A stretch of 64,000 nucleotides of DNA from Promethearchaeota archaeon (GCA_016839555.1 JAEOUA010000006.1:32001-96000); one strand, 5' to 3'. Shown: positions 50,866 through 61,647, counted from the stretch's first letter. Program-made: numbers and translations. Notes: generated by a model not told the origin, from the sequence alone.

Positions 50866-52317
50866 ATGTATAAACCAATAAACAAATCTGTAAAGAAACA
50901 CCAGGTTCCAGAGTGGTTTCATGATGCAAAATTAGGGATTTTTGTTCACTGGGGATTATATTCCGTTCCAGCATTTGCAGTCACTGGTATGAATTTAATT
51001 GAAGTAATAAAACAAGAAGGTTTTGGGGGGCAATTCAAAAAAAATCCTTATGCTGAATGGTATTTGAATTCCCTTCGGATTTCCGATAGTCCTACCTACC
51101 ACTATCATAAAGAAACATTTGGAAAGGATTTTGCATATGAAGACTTTATTCCGATATTTAATGACGCAATAAAAAAGTGGAATCCAGAGGAGATGGCAGA
51201 AATTTTTAAAAAAGCGGGAGCTCAATACGTTGTCTTAGTTACAAAACATCACGATGGATTCTTGCTATGGCCTAGTAGATATCCTCATCCAAGAAAAGAA
51301 AGATACTACGCAAGCAGAGATATCGTAGGAGAACTTACTCACGCTGTAAAAGAATGCAATATGAAGATGGGATTTTATTATTCCGGCTCATTAGATTGGT
51401 CTTTTAATCCTAACCCTATAAAGGATGTAATTGACTTATTAACGAGCGGTTTAACGGATCAAGAATATATAGACTACGCAAATAATCATTGGTACGAATT
51501 AATCGACATTTATGAGCCGTTAATCCTTTGGAATGATATTGGATATCCCCCAGATACGGATGTATATGAAATCTTCGCATATTTCTATAATTCACATCCA
51601 AATGGAGTTATAAACGATCGTTGGAGTCAAATCAGTAAAAGATTGCGTAAAATCATAAAATTCAAACCATTTGCTACTATAATAAGAGAGGTTGCTAAGA
51701 GAAAATTTATGAAAGGGATTTCTGGAATGACTACAAAAATGCATTGTGATTTCAGAACACCAGAATATACGCATTTTAAAGAAATTAAACCATATAAATG
51801 GGAAAGCACTCGGGGTATTGGCAATTCTTTTGGATATAATAAATTCGAGAAAGAAGAGGATTATTTAACTTCTGAGGAGTTGATTCGAATGTTTGTGGAT
51901 ATTGTAAGTAAAAATGGTAATCTTCTCATTAATGTGGGTCCGAAAGCTGATGGAACTATTCCGGAATTGCAAAAAAAATGCTTATTAGACCTTGGTAAAT
52001 GGCTCGAAATAAATGGAGAAGCAATTTTCGGCACGCGTCCTTGGGATCATGCTGAATCAATTACAACGGAAGGAATATCAATTCGATATACCCAAAAAGA
52101 AGAATCTCTCTATGTCTTTATTTTAGAGAAACCGAAATCCAAGGAGATAATTATTATATCCTTACACATTCATTCAAATGCTAAGATTACATTGCTTGGA
52201 AATGATGAAACCCTTACATGGACTCAAAAAGGAAAAAATCTAGAAATTATATTACCTGAACACCTATCAGATTCTCCAGTATACACTTTAGCAATAAGTC
52301 CTCAATCGGAAAAATAG
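50866..52317 (+). CDS. Alpha-L-fucosidase (GH29)
   Basis: PEWFHDAKLGIFVHWGLYSVP; YAEWY; TKHHDGF; LWND; VSKNGNLLINVGP. Confidence 0.93.
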   Translation: MYKPINKSVKKHQVPEWFHDAKLGIFVHWGLYSVPAFAVTGMNLIEVIKQEGFGGQFKKNPYAEWYLNSLRISDSPTYHYHKETFGKDFAYEDFIPIFNDAIKKWNPEEMAEIFKKAGAQYVVLVTKHHDGFLLWPSRYPHPRKERYYASRDIVGELTHAVKECNMKMGFYYSGSLDWSFNPNPIKDVIDLLTSGLTDQEYIDYANNHWYELIDIYEPLILWNDIGYPPDTDVYEIFAYFYNSHPNGVINDRWSQISKRLRKIIKFKPFATIIREVAKRKFMKGISGMTTKMHCDFRTPEYTHFKEIKPYKWESTRGIGNSFGYNKFEKEEDYLTSEELIRMFVDIVSKNGNLLINVGPKADGTIPELQKKCLLDLGKWLEINGEAIFGTRPWDHAESITTEGISIRYTQKEESLYVFILEKPKSKEIIIISLHIHSNAKITLLGNDETLTWTQKGKNLEIILPEHLSDSPVYTLAISPQSEK

Positions 52318-52399
52318 TATTATAAACATTGTTGAAGTTTACTGAAGAAACCATTATTTGTAATTAAAAGGATTTATCCGCTATTCCTTAAAATAAGAA

Positions 52400-52888
52400 T
52401 TATTCTTTAAAATTTATAGGTAATTCTTTCCAAAACTTACAACCCATACACTGAAGAATTTGCTTTCTTTCTCCTTTTTCATTAATCATGATTGTTTTTA
52501 CCATTTTTTCATTACATTTAGTACAAACGCCCATTATTTTTCTTGAAGTTAATGATTCTTTTTCTAAGCGGCGCAATTTTCTTATTCGTTCTATTCTTTT
52601 CTGAGCACTGGCAAGGTCATCATATAGCTCTACATAACTCACTTTAAAATTTCCATCAAAGCGTTTGGTATATCTATCTCTCTTTTCAATATGATCCTTA
52701 AGTCGTTTGGCGGGATTCTTTGCAGAATCGGTATAATAGAGAAAATCATTGCTTTCCTTTGTGAGAGCTTTTTTGTTCTTATAGCATTTTAATACATACA
52801 CGCAAGAATCATAAAGCTTAGAGAAGTTGGAATCAATTGAGATATTTTTAATTTTTTCCATATTATGTGTGAAACATATTCTATCCAA
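52400..52888 (-). CDS. GIY-YIG family nuclease-like protein with C-terminal Zn ribbon
   Basis: VYVLKC...YYTDSAKNPAKRLKDH...YVELY..A..; CTKC...CMGC. Confidence 0.65.
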   Translation of the reverse strand: MDRICFTHNMEKIKNISIDSNFSKLYDSCVYVLKCYKNKKALTKESNDFLYYTDSAKNPAKRLKDHIEKRDRYTKRFDGNFKVSYVELYDDLASAQKRIERIRKLRRLEKESLTSRKIMGVCTKCNEKMVKTIMINEKGERKQILQCMGCKFWKELPINFKE

Positions 52889-52954
52889 AAATCAGTATAA
52901 TATGAAGATATTATGGGCTACATTATTATAATGAGAACACTTTAAATTCATTAT

Positions 52955-53083
52955 ATGACGACTGTAAAAAGTATTATTGATGATATAGGGATAAAAGCTT
53001 TTGAAAATAGCGTAAACATTGCTAGTTTGGCAGTTATCTCCGATTCAGGAGAATTAGTATACCAAACAACTAATATGGATTTA
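52955..53083 (+). pseudogene. 5' fragment of a profilin/roadblock-like gene truncated at the island boundary
   Basis: MTTVKSIIDD...IASLAVISDSGELVYQTTNMDL resembles Asgard profilin N-termini; the rest of ORF 52955..53287 looks like non-coding read-through. Confidence 0.5.
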
Positions 53084-53227
53084 ATTCATCTTTCAAGTTA
53101 TCTCAAGTTAAAGGCGATATTTTTCTTCAATTTTAGCAAAAAAATCATTAATTTAAACTTTTCCCATTTTCAAATTAAAATTTTTTTTCCTTTTTCAATA
53201 ATATCTAAGAATAAATGTTTCAAGTTT

Positions 53228-54295
53228 TTAATCATAAGCATTCACATCTCTCTGGGCAATAAAAAACCATCCGACCGTCTTCTCTAAGGTTTTAAAATCG
53301 ATACTCAATTTTAGTGGAATTTCTTCATCAAGATGGAGCGTTATTATGGAATTGTCTTCAAATAAAAAGGAGGAGACCTTTTTAAGATTGTCAATAGAGA
53401 TATAGACTTTAATTCTTTCTTTTATATCTTGAGAATTAAATTGTATCTTATGAATATCTTTATTTTCCCACCTAATATTTGTATTTCCTTCCTCATTATT
53501 ATCATAAAAATGTATGAAACTATTTGTTAGTTGAATTCCGATACCTTCAGAAAACCTACCCGCTTGAGATGTAATATGAAAGAATTTGTCCTTATCGAGA
53601 GAACAACACCCTTTATATTTCAGTTCGATTAATTCATCTAATATAATCTTATTTTCATAGTTGATTTTTACATCATTTATGTTTCTAGATATTTTAGACT
53701 TGAGAATGGGAGAAGATTGAATAATTTCAATTTTTTCTTCATTAAACCCAAAATTTGTGGTGATTTTCTCAGATTTATCACATTCCAGGCACTTTAATAA
53801 GGAGTCTAAATTAACGAGAAGATCTAATTGCTTGTTTAAGAAAAATTGACTATTATCACTTTTTAAAATAATATCAAATAGGTAAGTCTTAGCTTCGTTT
53901 GTTGTATAGGCGTGGATTTCATTATAAAGAATCCTAAAAACTATTTTATCATTAGATTCCCTTAGGGCTTTAAACACTTTAAATAACGAGTATCCATCTC
54001 TAAATTCTATTTCGCATAAATAAGTATGTTTCTTCCTTTCCTGTAGATAATTAAAAAGTTCTACTTTAAATCTGGCGATAGCTTCGCTTAAAATCTCGCT
54101 ACTGGTTGAAATATTTTTGAGTTTGATAAGTTCAGATATTCGATGGAACAAAAAATCCAAAATTTCTGAAGAAATTTGTGAATCTTCATCATTTAGAAGA
54201 ATGGGACTTATTTTTTCATAATCCTTTATCCAATCTGTTCTATTTATATTTAATAGATTTACGATCTTTTTTATCTGTTCATCGTGCCTACCCAA
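53228..54295 (-). CDS. Divergent PCNA-like sliding clamp with ~90-aa N-terminal extension
   Basis: From aa ~92 follows the PCNA pattern: FKVFKAL...IHAYTTNEAKTYLFDIIL; VNLDSLLKCL; ISIDNLKKV; ITLHLDEEIPLKL...WFFIAQR (cf. PCNA FxLAPR). Confidence 0.65.
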   Translation of the reverse strand: MGRHDEQIKKIVNLLNINRTDWIKDYEKISPILLNDEDSQISSEILDFLFHRISELIKLKNISTSSEILSEAIARFKVELFNYLQERKKHTYLCEIEFRDGYSLFKVFKALRESNDKIVFRILYNEIHAYTTNEAKTYLFDIILKSDNSQFFLNKQLDLLVNLDSLLKCLECDKSEKITTNFGFNEEKIEIIQSSPILKSKISRNINDVKINYENKIILDELIELKYKGCCSLDKDKFFHITSQAGRFSEGIGIQLTNSFIHFYDNNEEGNTNIRWENKDIHKIQFNSQDIKERIKVYISIDNLKKVSSFLFEDNSIITLHLDEEIPLKLSIDFKTLEKTVGWFFIAQRDVNAYD

Positions 54296-54565
54296 TTCGG
54301 CAAATCTTTCCCAGAGATCGACAGAATGATTATTAGGTTTTGTGATAGTATCATCTCTAAACTATATATTCTTAAAATTATCTACAACCAAGTTTAAATA
54401 CTAATAAGAAATTGTTAATTCGGCGATAAAAATAATAAATATTTAAGGTAGTATATAGATATATTAAAGTGATGATTAAATTAGATTCAGGGATTTATCC
54501 TTTCGATATTCTTAGATCCGACAATTATCTATTTAGCATCTACATCTAATCGAAGAGTGATTATA

Positions 54566-57500
54566 ATGGAAGTAAGTAAAGAAACTAGGATGAGAATTAG
54601 TGAATATCTTAGCAAGATTAAATCAGCTAAGGATTTATTTGAACTTTTTAGGACTCTCAACTACCCAGAAGATATAGTTTTTGATATATCTGCTAAAAGA
54701 AAGAAGGAAACATTTGAATTTAGGAAAGATGACGATGAAAAAATTAAAGAGATATATTCAATACTAAGTATAGAAAATAAAACACATATTTTTCTCCTTG
54801 AGACTACCTCTATTGCGCCTTCCTTTATTAGAAGTGTGACAGCAACTTTCGATCGACAATATCTTAACTTTTTACTAATAATAACTCTTGATTATTCAGA
54901 AATAGTGTTTGTTTTTCCTAATCGTGAAAAGATTAATGGAGATCAGCATAAATTAAAATTAACGAAACTAATTATCAATACTACTGAAATTTATTATACG
55001 GATATTCAAACCATATCAACACTATTATATGAAGAAGGGATAAAGCGACGCCAGTTGTGGCGTCAATGGAAATCAGCATTTAGTGTGGAAAGAGTTACGA
55101 AGAACTTCTTTGATGATTATAAAAAAATTTTTTTCTTACTCAAAAATGAATTTTCTAATCAAGGAATTCCAAAAAAAGAATCACACGAATTTACGCTACA
55201 ATTACTCAATAGAATAATGTTTGTCTATTTTATATCAAAAAAACAGGGTTGGCTTAACACTAAGAGATTTATGAAATGGTTTTGGGAATCTTATAAAAAG
55301 CAAGAAAAATATGATAGTGATGAATTTTACGAAATTTGGTCAAAACAGTTATTCTTTAAGGCATTTAATAATCAATCGAATCTTTTATCTGACCTTCCAA
55401 GTGAAATAAAAAAGGAAATATCTAATTTCCCATTCCTTAATGGTGGATTATTTACTTCAAATGATCTAGATGCTTTAGAAATAAAAATTTCTGATAGATT
55501 ATATGAGAAAATCCATAAATTCTATGAGAAATACAACTTCACCATTAAAGAAGATATGCCTCTTGAAGAAGAAGTTGCTGTTGATCCCCAAATGATCGGA
55601 TATGTCTACGAATCCTTAGCTAATGTAGCCGAAGAGATCTATGACCGTCACGATTTAGGAATTTTTTATACTCCTCGAGTAGAAGTAGATTTTATGGCAA
55701 GAAGAGTATTAATTGAATATCTCTCAAAAAATCTTGAGAATATTCCAAAAGAAAAATTATACCATCTTATTTTTGATCCCCCTGAAGATAAAAAGAAAAT
55801 TATTAATGATTTTGATGAGAAAATCTGGCGTAGGATTGAAGAAATATTAGACAACTTATCCGCCGTCGATCCTGCTTGTGGTTCGGGTGCATTTCTTGTT
55901 GGATTACTTAATGTATTAACAGAATTGTACCATTTAATATATCAACAACTTAATCGAAAATCTACAGATTTTGAATTGAAGAAAAGAATTATTCAATATT
56001 CCCTTTATGGTGTTGATATAATGCCTTGGGCAATTCACGCTGCTGAATTGAGATTATGGTTACAGCTTATGGTCGAAACAGAATTAAAAAAAGAAGAGCT
56101 TAGAAAATACCCTCTATTGCCAAATCTAGATTTAAATTTAAGAATTGGTGATTCTTTAGTACAAGAAATTGGGGGACAATATTTTAATCTTAGAACTAGT
56201 GATTTAGAAGCTTCAATAAAAAAGAAATTATTAATTCTAAAGGATGAAAAACGAAATTATTTTGATAATTTGCCTAGAGCTAAATTTAAAACCCCATTAG
56301 AAATTAAGGAAGAAGAATTAAGATTGTTTGAAGAAATTATTGAAAGTCGCCTAAATATTTTAAAGAGAGAAATAACTAATTTAAAAAATAACATAAAAAG
56401 AGCAAAATCACAAAAAGATTTATATGGAAAAGTAATAGTTGATGAAAAGAAAGTAAAAGCATTACAAAAACAAATTGATGAAAAAGAAAGGTTTATTCTC
56501 GACTTAAATGAAATCAAGAGACTAATTGATATACCAGGGAAAAAACCATTTATTTGGGATATTGACTTTGCTGAAATATTTGGAGAAAAAAATGGTTTTG
56601 ATATTGTTATTGGTAATCCTCCATATGTTAAGCAAGATGATATTGCTCCATTTAATAAAATGAAATCTGAAATTACTTCAAAAGAAAAACAATTATATAA
56701 AGATAAACTTATAAAGTCTGTTATTAATCAATTTCCAGTGATAACCTCAATAGCAAAAAAATGTGATTATTTTATCTATTTCTATTTTCACGGATTAAGT
56801 TTGCTGAATGAAAAGGGAGCTTTTTGTTTCATTACATCTAATTCCTGGTTGGATGCTAAATATAGTAAAAGTCTTCAAGAATTTCTAATAAAATATGTCC
56901 CTATTATTGCAATTTATGATAATGCTAAAAGAACATTCAAACACGCTCTTGTAAATACTATAATTTCTGTTTTTGGATCACCATTAATCGTAGAAAGAAG
57001 AATTGCAGGTCTTAAAGTAATAAAAAAAAGGGACTGGAAGATGTTGGATTATACAGCTAAATTTGTGATGTTTAAAAAACCATTTGAAGAAGTTATAAAT
57101 ACAAAAAATCTACTATATATTGAAAAAATAGAATTAAAAGTTCAAGGCTCCGAAATCGTAGATATTATAGAAAATATCATCCGAACCGAAGATTATCGGG
57201 TATTTCCAATTACTCAAAAGAATCTTTTAGAAGAAGGATGGGTTTACCCTGATAATTATAAGAAAAGTGAAGGATTTTTCAAAAAAGGTTCTTACAATGG
57301 GGAAAAATGGGGAAAATACTTACGGGCTCCAGATATTTATTTTAATATTATAGAGAAGGGGAAAGAAAATCTTGTTCTACTCGATAAAATTGCTGTGGTT
57401 AATGAAGGAAGACCCACTGGAGCGAATAATTATTTTTTTATGCCTATTCAAATTGCTAAGAAATTTAATATAGAAAATGAGTTTTTATTGAACGGAATTA

Positions 57501-58201
57501 TGAAAACCAGAGGTAAGAGTTACTTTATAATAGATGAAGATATGATAGAGAGATATTTTCTACAGATTGACTCGGAAGAGAATGAAATTGAAGATAAAAA
57601 TGTAATGAAATATATTAAATATGGTGAGGAAAATGTATTACCAAAAAGCAAAACACTGAAATCTAAAAATATATGGTGGAAATTTACAAATAGAGATGCT
57701 GCAGATTTATTAGCTCCGTGTGGTTATGGTAAAACAACCTTTTGTGCTATAAATAAAGCAAAAGCAGTAACAAGTAATAGTTATGTAGAAATAAGACTAG
57801 TTGATAAAGATTATTTAACCCCTCTATTTTATTTCTTGAATTCTGCTATTGGGTGGTTATTTTTGGAAATAATTGGAAGACATTCTCTTGGGGGTGGTAT
57901 GTTAAAAGTAGATCCAATAGAATATCGTCAATTATTGGTTTTAAAAAAAGAGCTATTTCAAGAACAAACTATCCCGCCAAATCGTAAAATAAAATCAGTT
58001 TTTATCGAATGTGGATTTAATCCTTCTAAACCAATAAGAGAGCAAATACCTAATCCAATTAATGAAAGGCATATTATAGATGATATTATTTTTGAAAAAC
58101 TTAAATTAAACGAAGAAGAAAGAAATGAAGTTTATTGGAGCGTTTGTGAACTAATAAAACAAAGAACTGATAAAGCTAAAAGTCTTAAAAAAAATAAATA
58201 A
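54566..58201 (+). CDS. Eco57I/type IIG-like N6-adenine DNA methyltransferase with C-terminal target-recognition region
   Basis: LLNRIMF; FLNGGLF; GIFYTPR; DPACGSGAFL; GDSL; FDIVIGNPPYV; FITSNSWL. Confidence 0.9.
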   Translation: MEVSKETRMRISEYLSKIKSAKDLFELFRTLNYPEDIVFDISAKRKKETFEFRKDDDEKIKEIYSILSIENKTHIFLLETTSIAPSFIRSVTATFDRQYLNFLLIITLDYSEIVFVFPNREKINGDQHKLKLTKLIINTTEIYYTDIQTISTLLYEEGIKRRQLWRQWKSAFSVERVTKNFFDDYKKIFFLLKNEFSNQGIPKKESHEFTLQLLNRIMFVYFISKKQGWLNTKRFMKWFWESYKKQEKYDSDEFYEIWSKQLFFKAFNNQSNLLSDLPSEIKKEISNFPFLNGGLFTSNDLDALEIKISDRLYEKIHKFYEKYNFTIKEDMPLEEEVAVDPQMIGYVYESLANVAEEIYDRHDLGIFYTPRVEVDFMARRVLIEYLSKNLENIPKEKLYHLIFDPPEDKKKIINDFDEKIWRRIEEILDNLSAVDPACGSGAFLVGLLNVLTELYHLIYQQLNRKSTDFELKKRIIQYSLYGVDIMPWAIHAAELRLWLQLMVETELKKEELRKYPLLPNLDLNLRIGDSLVQEIGGQYFNLRTSDLEASIKKKLLILKDEKRNYFDNLPRAKFKTPLEIKEEELRLFEEIIESRLNILKREITNLKNNIKRAKSQKDLYGKVIVDEKKVKALQKQIDEKERFILDLNEIKRLIDIPGKKPFIWDIDFAEIFGEKNGFDIVIGNPPYVKQDDIAPFNKMKSEITSKEKQLYKDKLIKSVINQFPVITSIAKKCDYFIYFYFHGLSLLNEKGAFCFITSNSWLDAKYSKSLQEFLIKYVPIIAIYDNAKRTFKHALVNTIISVFGSPLIVERRIAGLKVIKKRDWKMLDYTAKFVMFKKPFEEVINTKNLLYIEKIELKVQGSEIVDIIENIIRTEDYRVFPITQKNLLEEGWVYPDNYKKSEGFFKKGSYNGEKWGKYLRAPDIYFNIIEKGKENLVLLDKIAVVNEGRPTGANNYFFMPIQIAKKFNIENEFLLNGIMKTRGKSYFIIDEDMIERYFLQIDSEENEIEDKNVMKYIKYGEENVLPKSKTLKSKNIWWKFTNRDAADLLAPCGYGKTTFCAINKAKAVTSNSYVEIRLVDKDYLTPLFYFLNSAIGWLFLEIIGRHSLGGGMLKVDPIEYRQLLVLKKELFQEQTIPPNRKIKSVFIECGFNPSKPIREQIPNPINERHIIDDIIFEKLKLNEEERNEVYWSVCELIKQRTDKAKSLKKNK

Positions 58202-58207
58202 TAATGG

Positions 58208-61200
58208 ATGAGAGATATGATACCAAAAGAGTTTATTGATAATAGCGATGGTAATAAATTACACGATTTTTTAAATGAAATTCTAAAGTATTGTCCTAAA
58301 ACTTCAGTAGATATTGCTACGGCATTCTTCAATATTGATGCCTATACGATGATACGGAAAAATCTTGAAGAAATTTCACGATTTAGATTATTATTAGGAA
58401 AACCACCTATGATAAACATTAAAACGACATTAGGCGATTTTCTTCTGAAACAAGTCAGAGAAGAGATTGAAGGATTCGATTTAACAAGAGAAATCGACGA
58501 AGATATGAAACATTTCAGAAATTTTTTGCAAAAGGACATAGTGGAAGTGAAATTATTTAAAAATTTTTTACACGGTAAAGCTTATATTTTTGACAATAGC
58601 GTAATTGTGGGGTCTTCCAATTTTACTTCAGCAGGGTTAACTCGTGAAGGCGAATTAAACACCGTCCGATTAGAAGCTCAAGCAGATGCAATTCGTTCGA
58701 AATGGTTTGAAAAATTCTGGAATTTGTCTGACGATTTTAAAAATGATTTAATAGAATTAATTGAAAATTCTAGGTTCGGGAGCCGTGAATATACTCCCTA
58801 TGAAATCTTCATTAAAACATTGTACGAATTCCAGAAAGAAGAGTTGATGGAAGAAGAGAAAGATGAAGAAACGGGGTTACCCAAAACTAAAGTTAATCTT
58901 GCCGAGTTTCAAGACGATGCGATCGCCAGAATATGGTCGAGATTGAAAAAATATAACGGATGCATCGTTGCCGATTCGGTCGGGTTAGGAAAGACTTGGA
59001 TTGCGAAAAAAATACTCGAAAAAATTGGTTATTACGAGAGGAAGAATATCTTAGTTATCTGCCCTGCTCAATTACGGCATATGTGGCGAAAGGAGCTGAA
59101 AAGCATCGATGTAAAGGAAAATATACTCTCTCAAGAGCAATTGGCGATGGATGATTTTTTGGAAAAAGCTTTGGATGTTCTAGGAGGCAGAACAGACGAT
59201 TTGGAATTGATTGTCATTGACGAAAGCCATAACTTCAGGAATCCATTATCAAATCGATGGGAAAATTTGTTTACCTTAATCAACGATCACATCGTAAAGG
59301 AAGATGTGCGCCCTAATATGCTGTTCCTTACAGCTACGCCCATTAATAATACCCCTTGGGACTTATTCTGGCAAGTTATGCTTATAACCTTGAGCGATAA
59401 TAGTGCATTCATCAAAGAAAATATCTTAGATTTGTTCTCTTTCTTCAAAAAAGCAACTTTAAATTCATCTATCCTAAATGATCTGCTCAATGAAATCTCA
59501 ATCAGAAGAACGAGAGATTATATCGTGAAAAACTACCCCGATGCGTATATAATGGTACCGAATTCTGAAGGTGTTTTGGAAGAAAAGAAAATAATCTTTC
59601 CAGACAGACTTTTGGAAAACATTAATTATAATTTAGATGTGGCTTACGAGGGGATGTATCGTCAAATAGCCGATACAATTTCGGACAAGCTAAAAATGGC
59701 ATATTATCAGCTATTAGAATATAAAAAAGAAGGTGTTCTTACCGACGCTGAAAAGCTGGCGTTAGGGCGGATGATCGGAATTGGGGGAATTTTTAAGACG
59801 ATTCTTCTCAAACGGTTGGAAAGCAGCGTTGAATCGTTTAGAATTAGTATTGATCGCCACATAACATTCTTGGAAAAGCTCAAGAAATATTTAGAAATGG
59901 GAAGGCTCCTAACCAAGAAATCTTTTCACAAATATGTCTTAAGTATAGATGAAGAATTAACCGTCGAAGAATTAAAGGAAGAACTGGAAAATTTCGATAA
60001 GGATAAATACAAAATAAAAGAACTTTTCGATGGTATAGATCTTGATATTCGATACTTATCGGACATTCTTGATAAAGTTAAAAACATAACCCCCGATAAA
60101 GATGCTAAATTCACGGTCCTGAAAGAAAAGCTACTTGAATTATCCAAAGAGGGACAAATTGTCGTTTTCACCTACTATGCAGACACATTAAATTATATTT
60201 ACAGAGAAATATTAAAAGATACCCGTTTTTCTCACTTAAATATAGAAGCAATATCCAGTACGGGTGAATCCAACAAAACGCCCAAGCAACGAACCAAAAT
60301 AATCGACGATTTTTTTGACAAGAAGATTGACATTATTTTAAGCACTGATGTATTATCTGAGGGGCAAAATCTTCAAACTGCAAAATATCTGATTAATTAC
60401 GACCTGCATTGGAACCCCACTCGTATGATTCAGAGAGCGGGAAGAATAGACCGAATCGGTTCCCCCTTCAATGAAATTTTCGTCTACAATTTCTTTCCAG
60501 AAGAAGAGCTGGAAGAACTTTTAAAGTTGGTCCAAATACTCCAAAATAAAATAGCAGACATCGATAAATCGGTTGGCTTAGATCAGACCGTTTTGGGGGA
60601 AGAAATACATCCCAAAGTGTTCGGAATAATTCGTCGGATTAGAGAAAAGGACGCCGATACATTGGACGAATTGGAAGCAGACACTTACGGCGGCGGAGAG
60701 AGTTTTTACCAACCTCTGAAAGATTTCTTAAAGACATCGGCGATTGAGAAATTAGAAGCGATTCCGAACGGTTTGTATAGTGGACTGGAAAAAACCAAGA
60801 GAATTAAAGGAATTTTCTTTTATTATAAGTATGCAAAGGATTTTCACTTTTGGTATTTATACGATATCGTGAGTAATACTATAATAACCAATAAAACGGA
60901 GATTCTCGAATATATCCAGTGCGACCAGACCGAACCCAGAGTAATTCCAGATTTTTTTGAAAAAGTATATGAAATTAACAAGGCGATATTAGAGAAAATA
61001 GAAAGAGATTATAGCGAGATTGAATTGAGCCAGACGCAAGATTCTAAACTTAAAGATATAAGCAGACAAAGATCTACCCGTTTCTTGAAAAAGTTAATGG
61101 ATGAAGTAGAATTGCAATTGGACGATTATTTAGATAAGTATCCCACGGATGACGATATCGAGAAAGAATGGGAAGAAGTAGAGGATCTTTTAGTATCCAC

Positions 61201-61390
61201 GCCTCAGACTAAAAAAAGATTGCAAGTCTTACGGAAAATTTGGAGAAAATACAAAAATAATCGAAATTGGAAAGTCTTAATAAGAGATTTAAAAGGGTTC
61301 CTTATCGGAAAAGGTGCTATTAAGAAGGAACCCTTAAAACCTTTTGATAAAACTAAATTAAAATTGATTACTTTAGATTTTATTTCCTAA
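58208..61390 (+). CDS. PLD-nuclease domain fused to SNF2-type helicase
   Basis: HGKAYIFD..VGSSNFT..E.N (PLD); ADSVGLGKT; DESH; LTATP; KRLESS; TDVLSEGQNLQ; HWNP..QRAGRIDR. Confidence 0.9.
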   Translation: MRDMIPKEFIDNSDGNKLHDFLNEILKYCPKTSVDIATAFFNIDAYTMIRKNLEEISRFRLLLGKPPMINIKTTLGDFLLKQVREEIEGFDLTREIDEDMKHFRNFLQKDIVEVKLFKNFLHGKAYIFDNSVIVGSSNFTSAGLTREGELNTVRLEAQADAIRSKWFEKFWNLSDDFKNDLIELIENSRFGSREYTPYEIFIKTLYEFQKEELMEEEKDEETGLPKTKVNLAEFQDDAIARIWSRLKKYNGCIVADSVGLGKTWIAKKILEKIGYYERKNILVICPAQLRHMWRKELKSIDVKENILSQEQLAMDDFLEKALDVLGGRTDDLELIVIDESHNFRNPLSNRWENLFTLINDHIVKEDVRPNMLFLTATPINNTPWDLFWQVMLITLSDNSAFIKENILDLFSFFKKATLNSSILNDLLNEISIRRTRDYIVKNYPDAYIMVPNSEGVLEEKKIIFPDRLLENINYNLDVAYEGMYRQIADTISDKLKMAYYQLLEYKKEGVLTDAEKLALGRMIGIGGIFKTILLKRLESSVESFRISIDRHITFLEKLKKYLEMGRLLTKKSFHKYVLSIDEELTVEELKEELENFDKDKYKIKELFDGIDLDIRYLSDILDKVKNITPDKDAKFTVLKEKLLELSKEGQIVVFTYYADTLNYIYREILKDTRFSHLNIEAISSTGESNKTPKQRTKIIDDFFDKKIDIILSTDVLSEGQNLQTAKYLINYDLHWNPTRMIQRAGRIDRIGSPFNEIFVYNFFPEEELEELLKLVQILQNKIADIDKSVGLDQTVLGEEIHPKVFGIIRRIREKDADTLDELEADTYGGGESFYQPLKDFLKTSAIEKLEAIPNGLYSGLEKTKRIKGIFFYYKYAKDFHFWYLYDIVSNTIITNKTEILEYIQCDQTEPRVIPDFFEKVYEINKAILEKIERDYSEIELSQTQDSKLKDISRQRSTRFLKKLMDEVELQLDDYLDKYPTDDDIEKEWEEVEDLLVSTPQTKKRLQVLRKIWRKYKNNRNWKVLIRDLKGFLIGKGAIKKEPLKPFDKTKLKLITLDFIS

Positions 61391-61405
61391 TTTTATTTAT
61401 ATTTT

Positions 61406-61534
61406 CTATTTTTTTCCTCTACTTTTATCGGCAACACTCTGAGCTCTACTCTTAAATCCTTGATTCTTACCAGTCTTATCTGCGTGAGATTCTATTCTGC
61501 GTGCTGCCTTAGATGTCATCTGTTTTTTACCCAT
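61406..61534 (-). CDS. Unannotated 42-aa basic protein (SMP/LEA-like motif)
   Basis: MGKKQMTSKAARRIESHADKTGKNQGFKSRAQSVADKSRGKK*; GGGGGTGA RBS 5 nt upstream. Confidence 0.7.
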   Translation of the reverse strand: MGKKQMTSKAARRIESHADKTGKNQGFKSRAQSVADKSRGKK

Positions 61535-61647
61535 ATATTTCACCCCCTTAAAGTGTAATTTTGTTATAAGTCTTCAATATCGGACCAAATTCCGACGAGT
61601 TTTCGCATTTTGTCAAATTTCTTTTTTAATTGTGATTTTGTATTCCT

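Noticed and set aside
53084-53287. C-terminal part of the 110-aa ORF 52955..53287
   Set aside because: F/I/K-rich read-through of non-coding DNA that overlaps the PCNA-like gene on the other strand.
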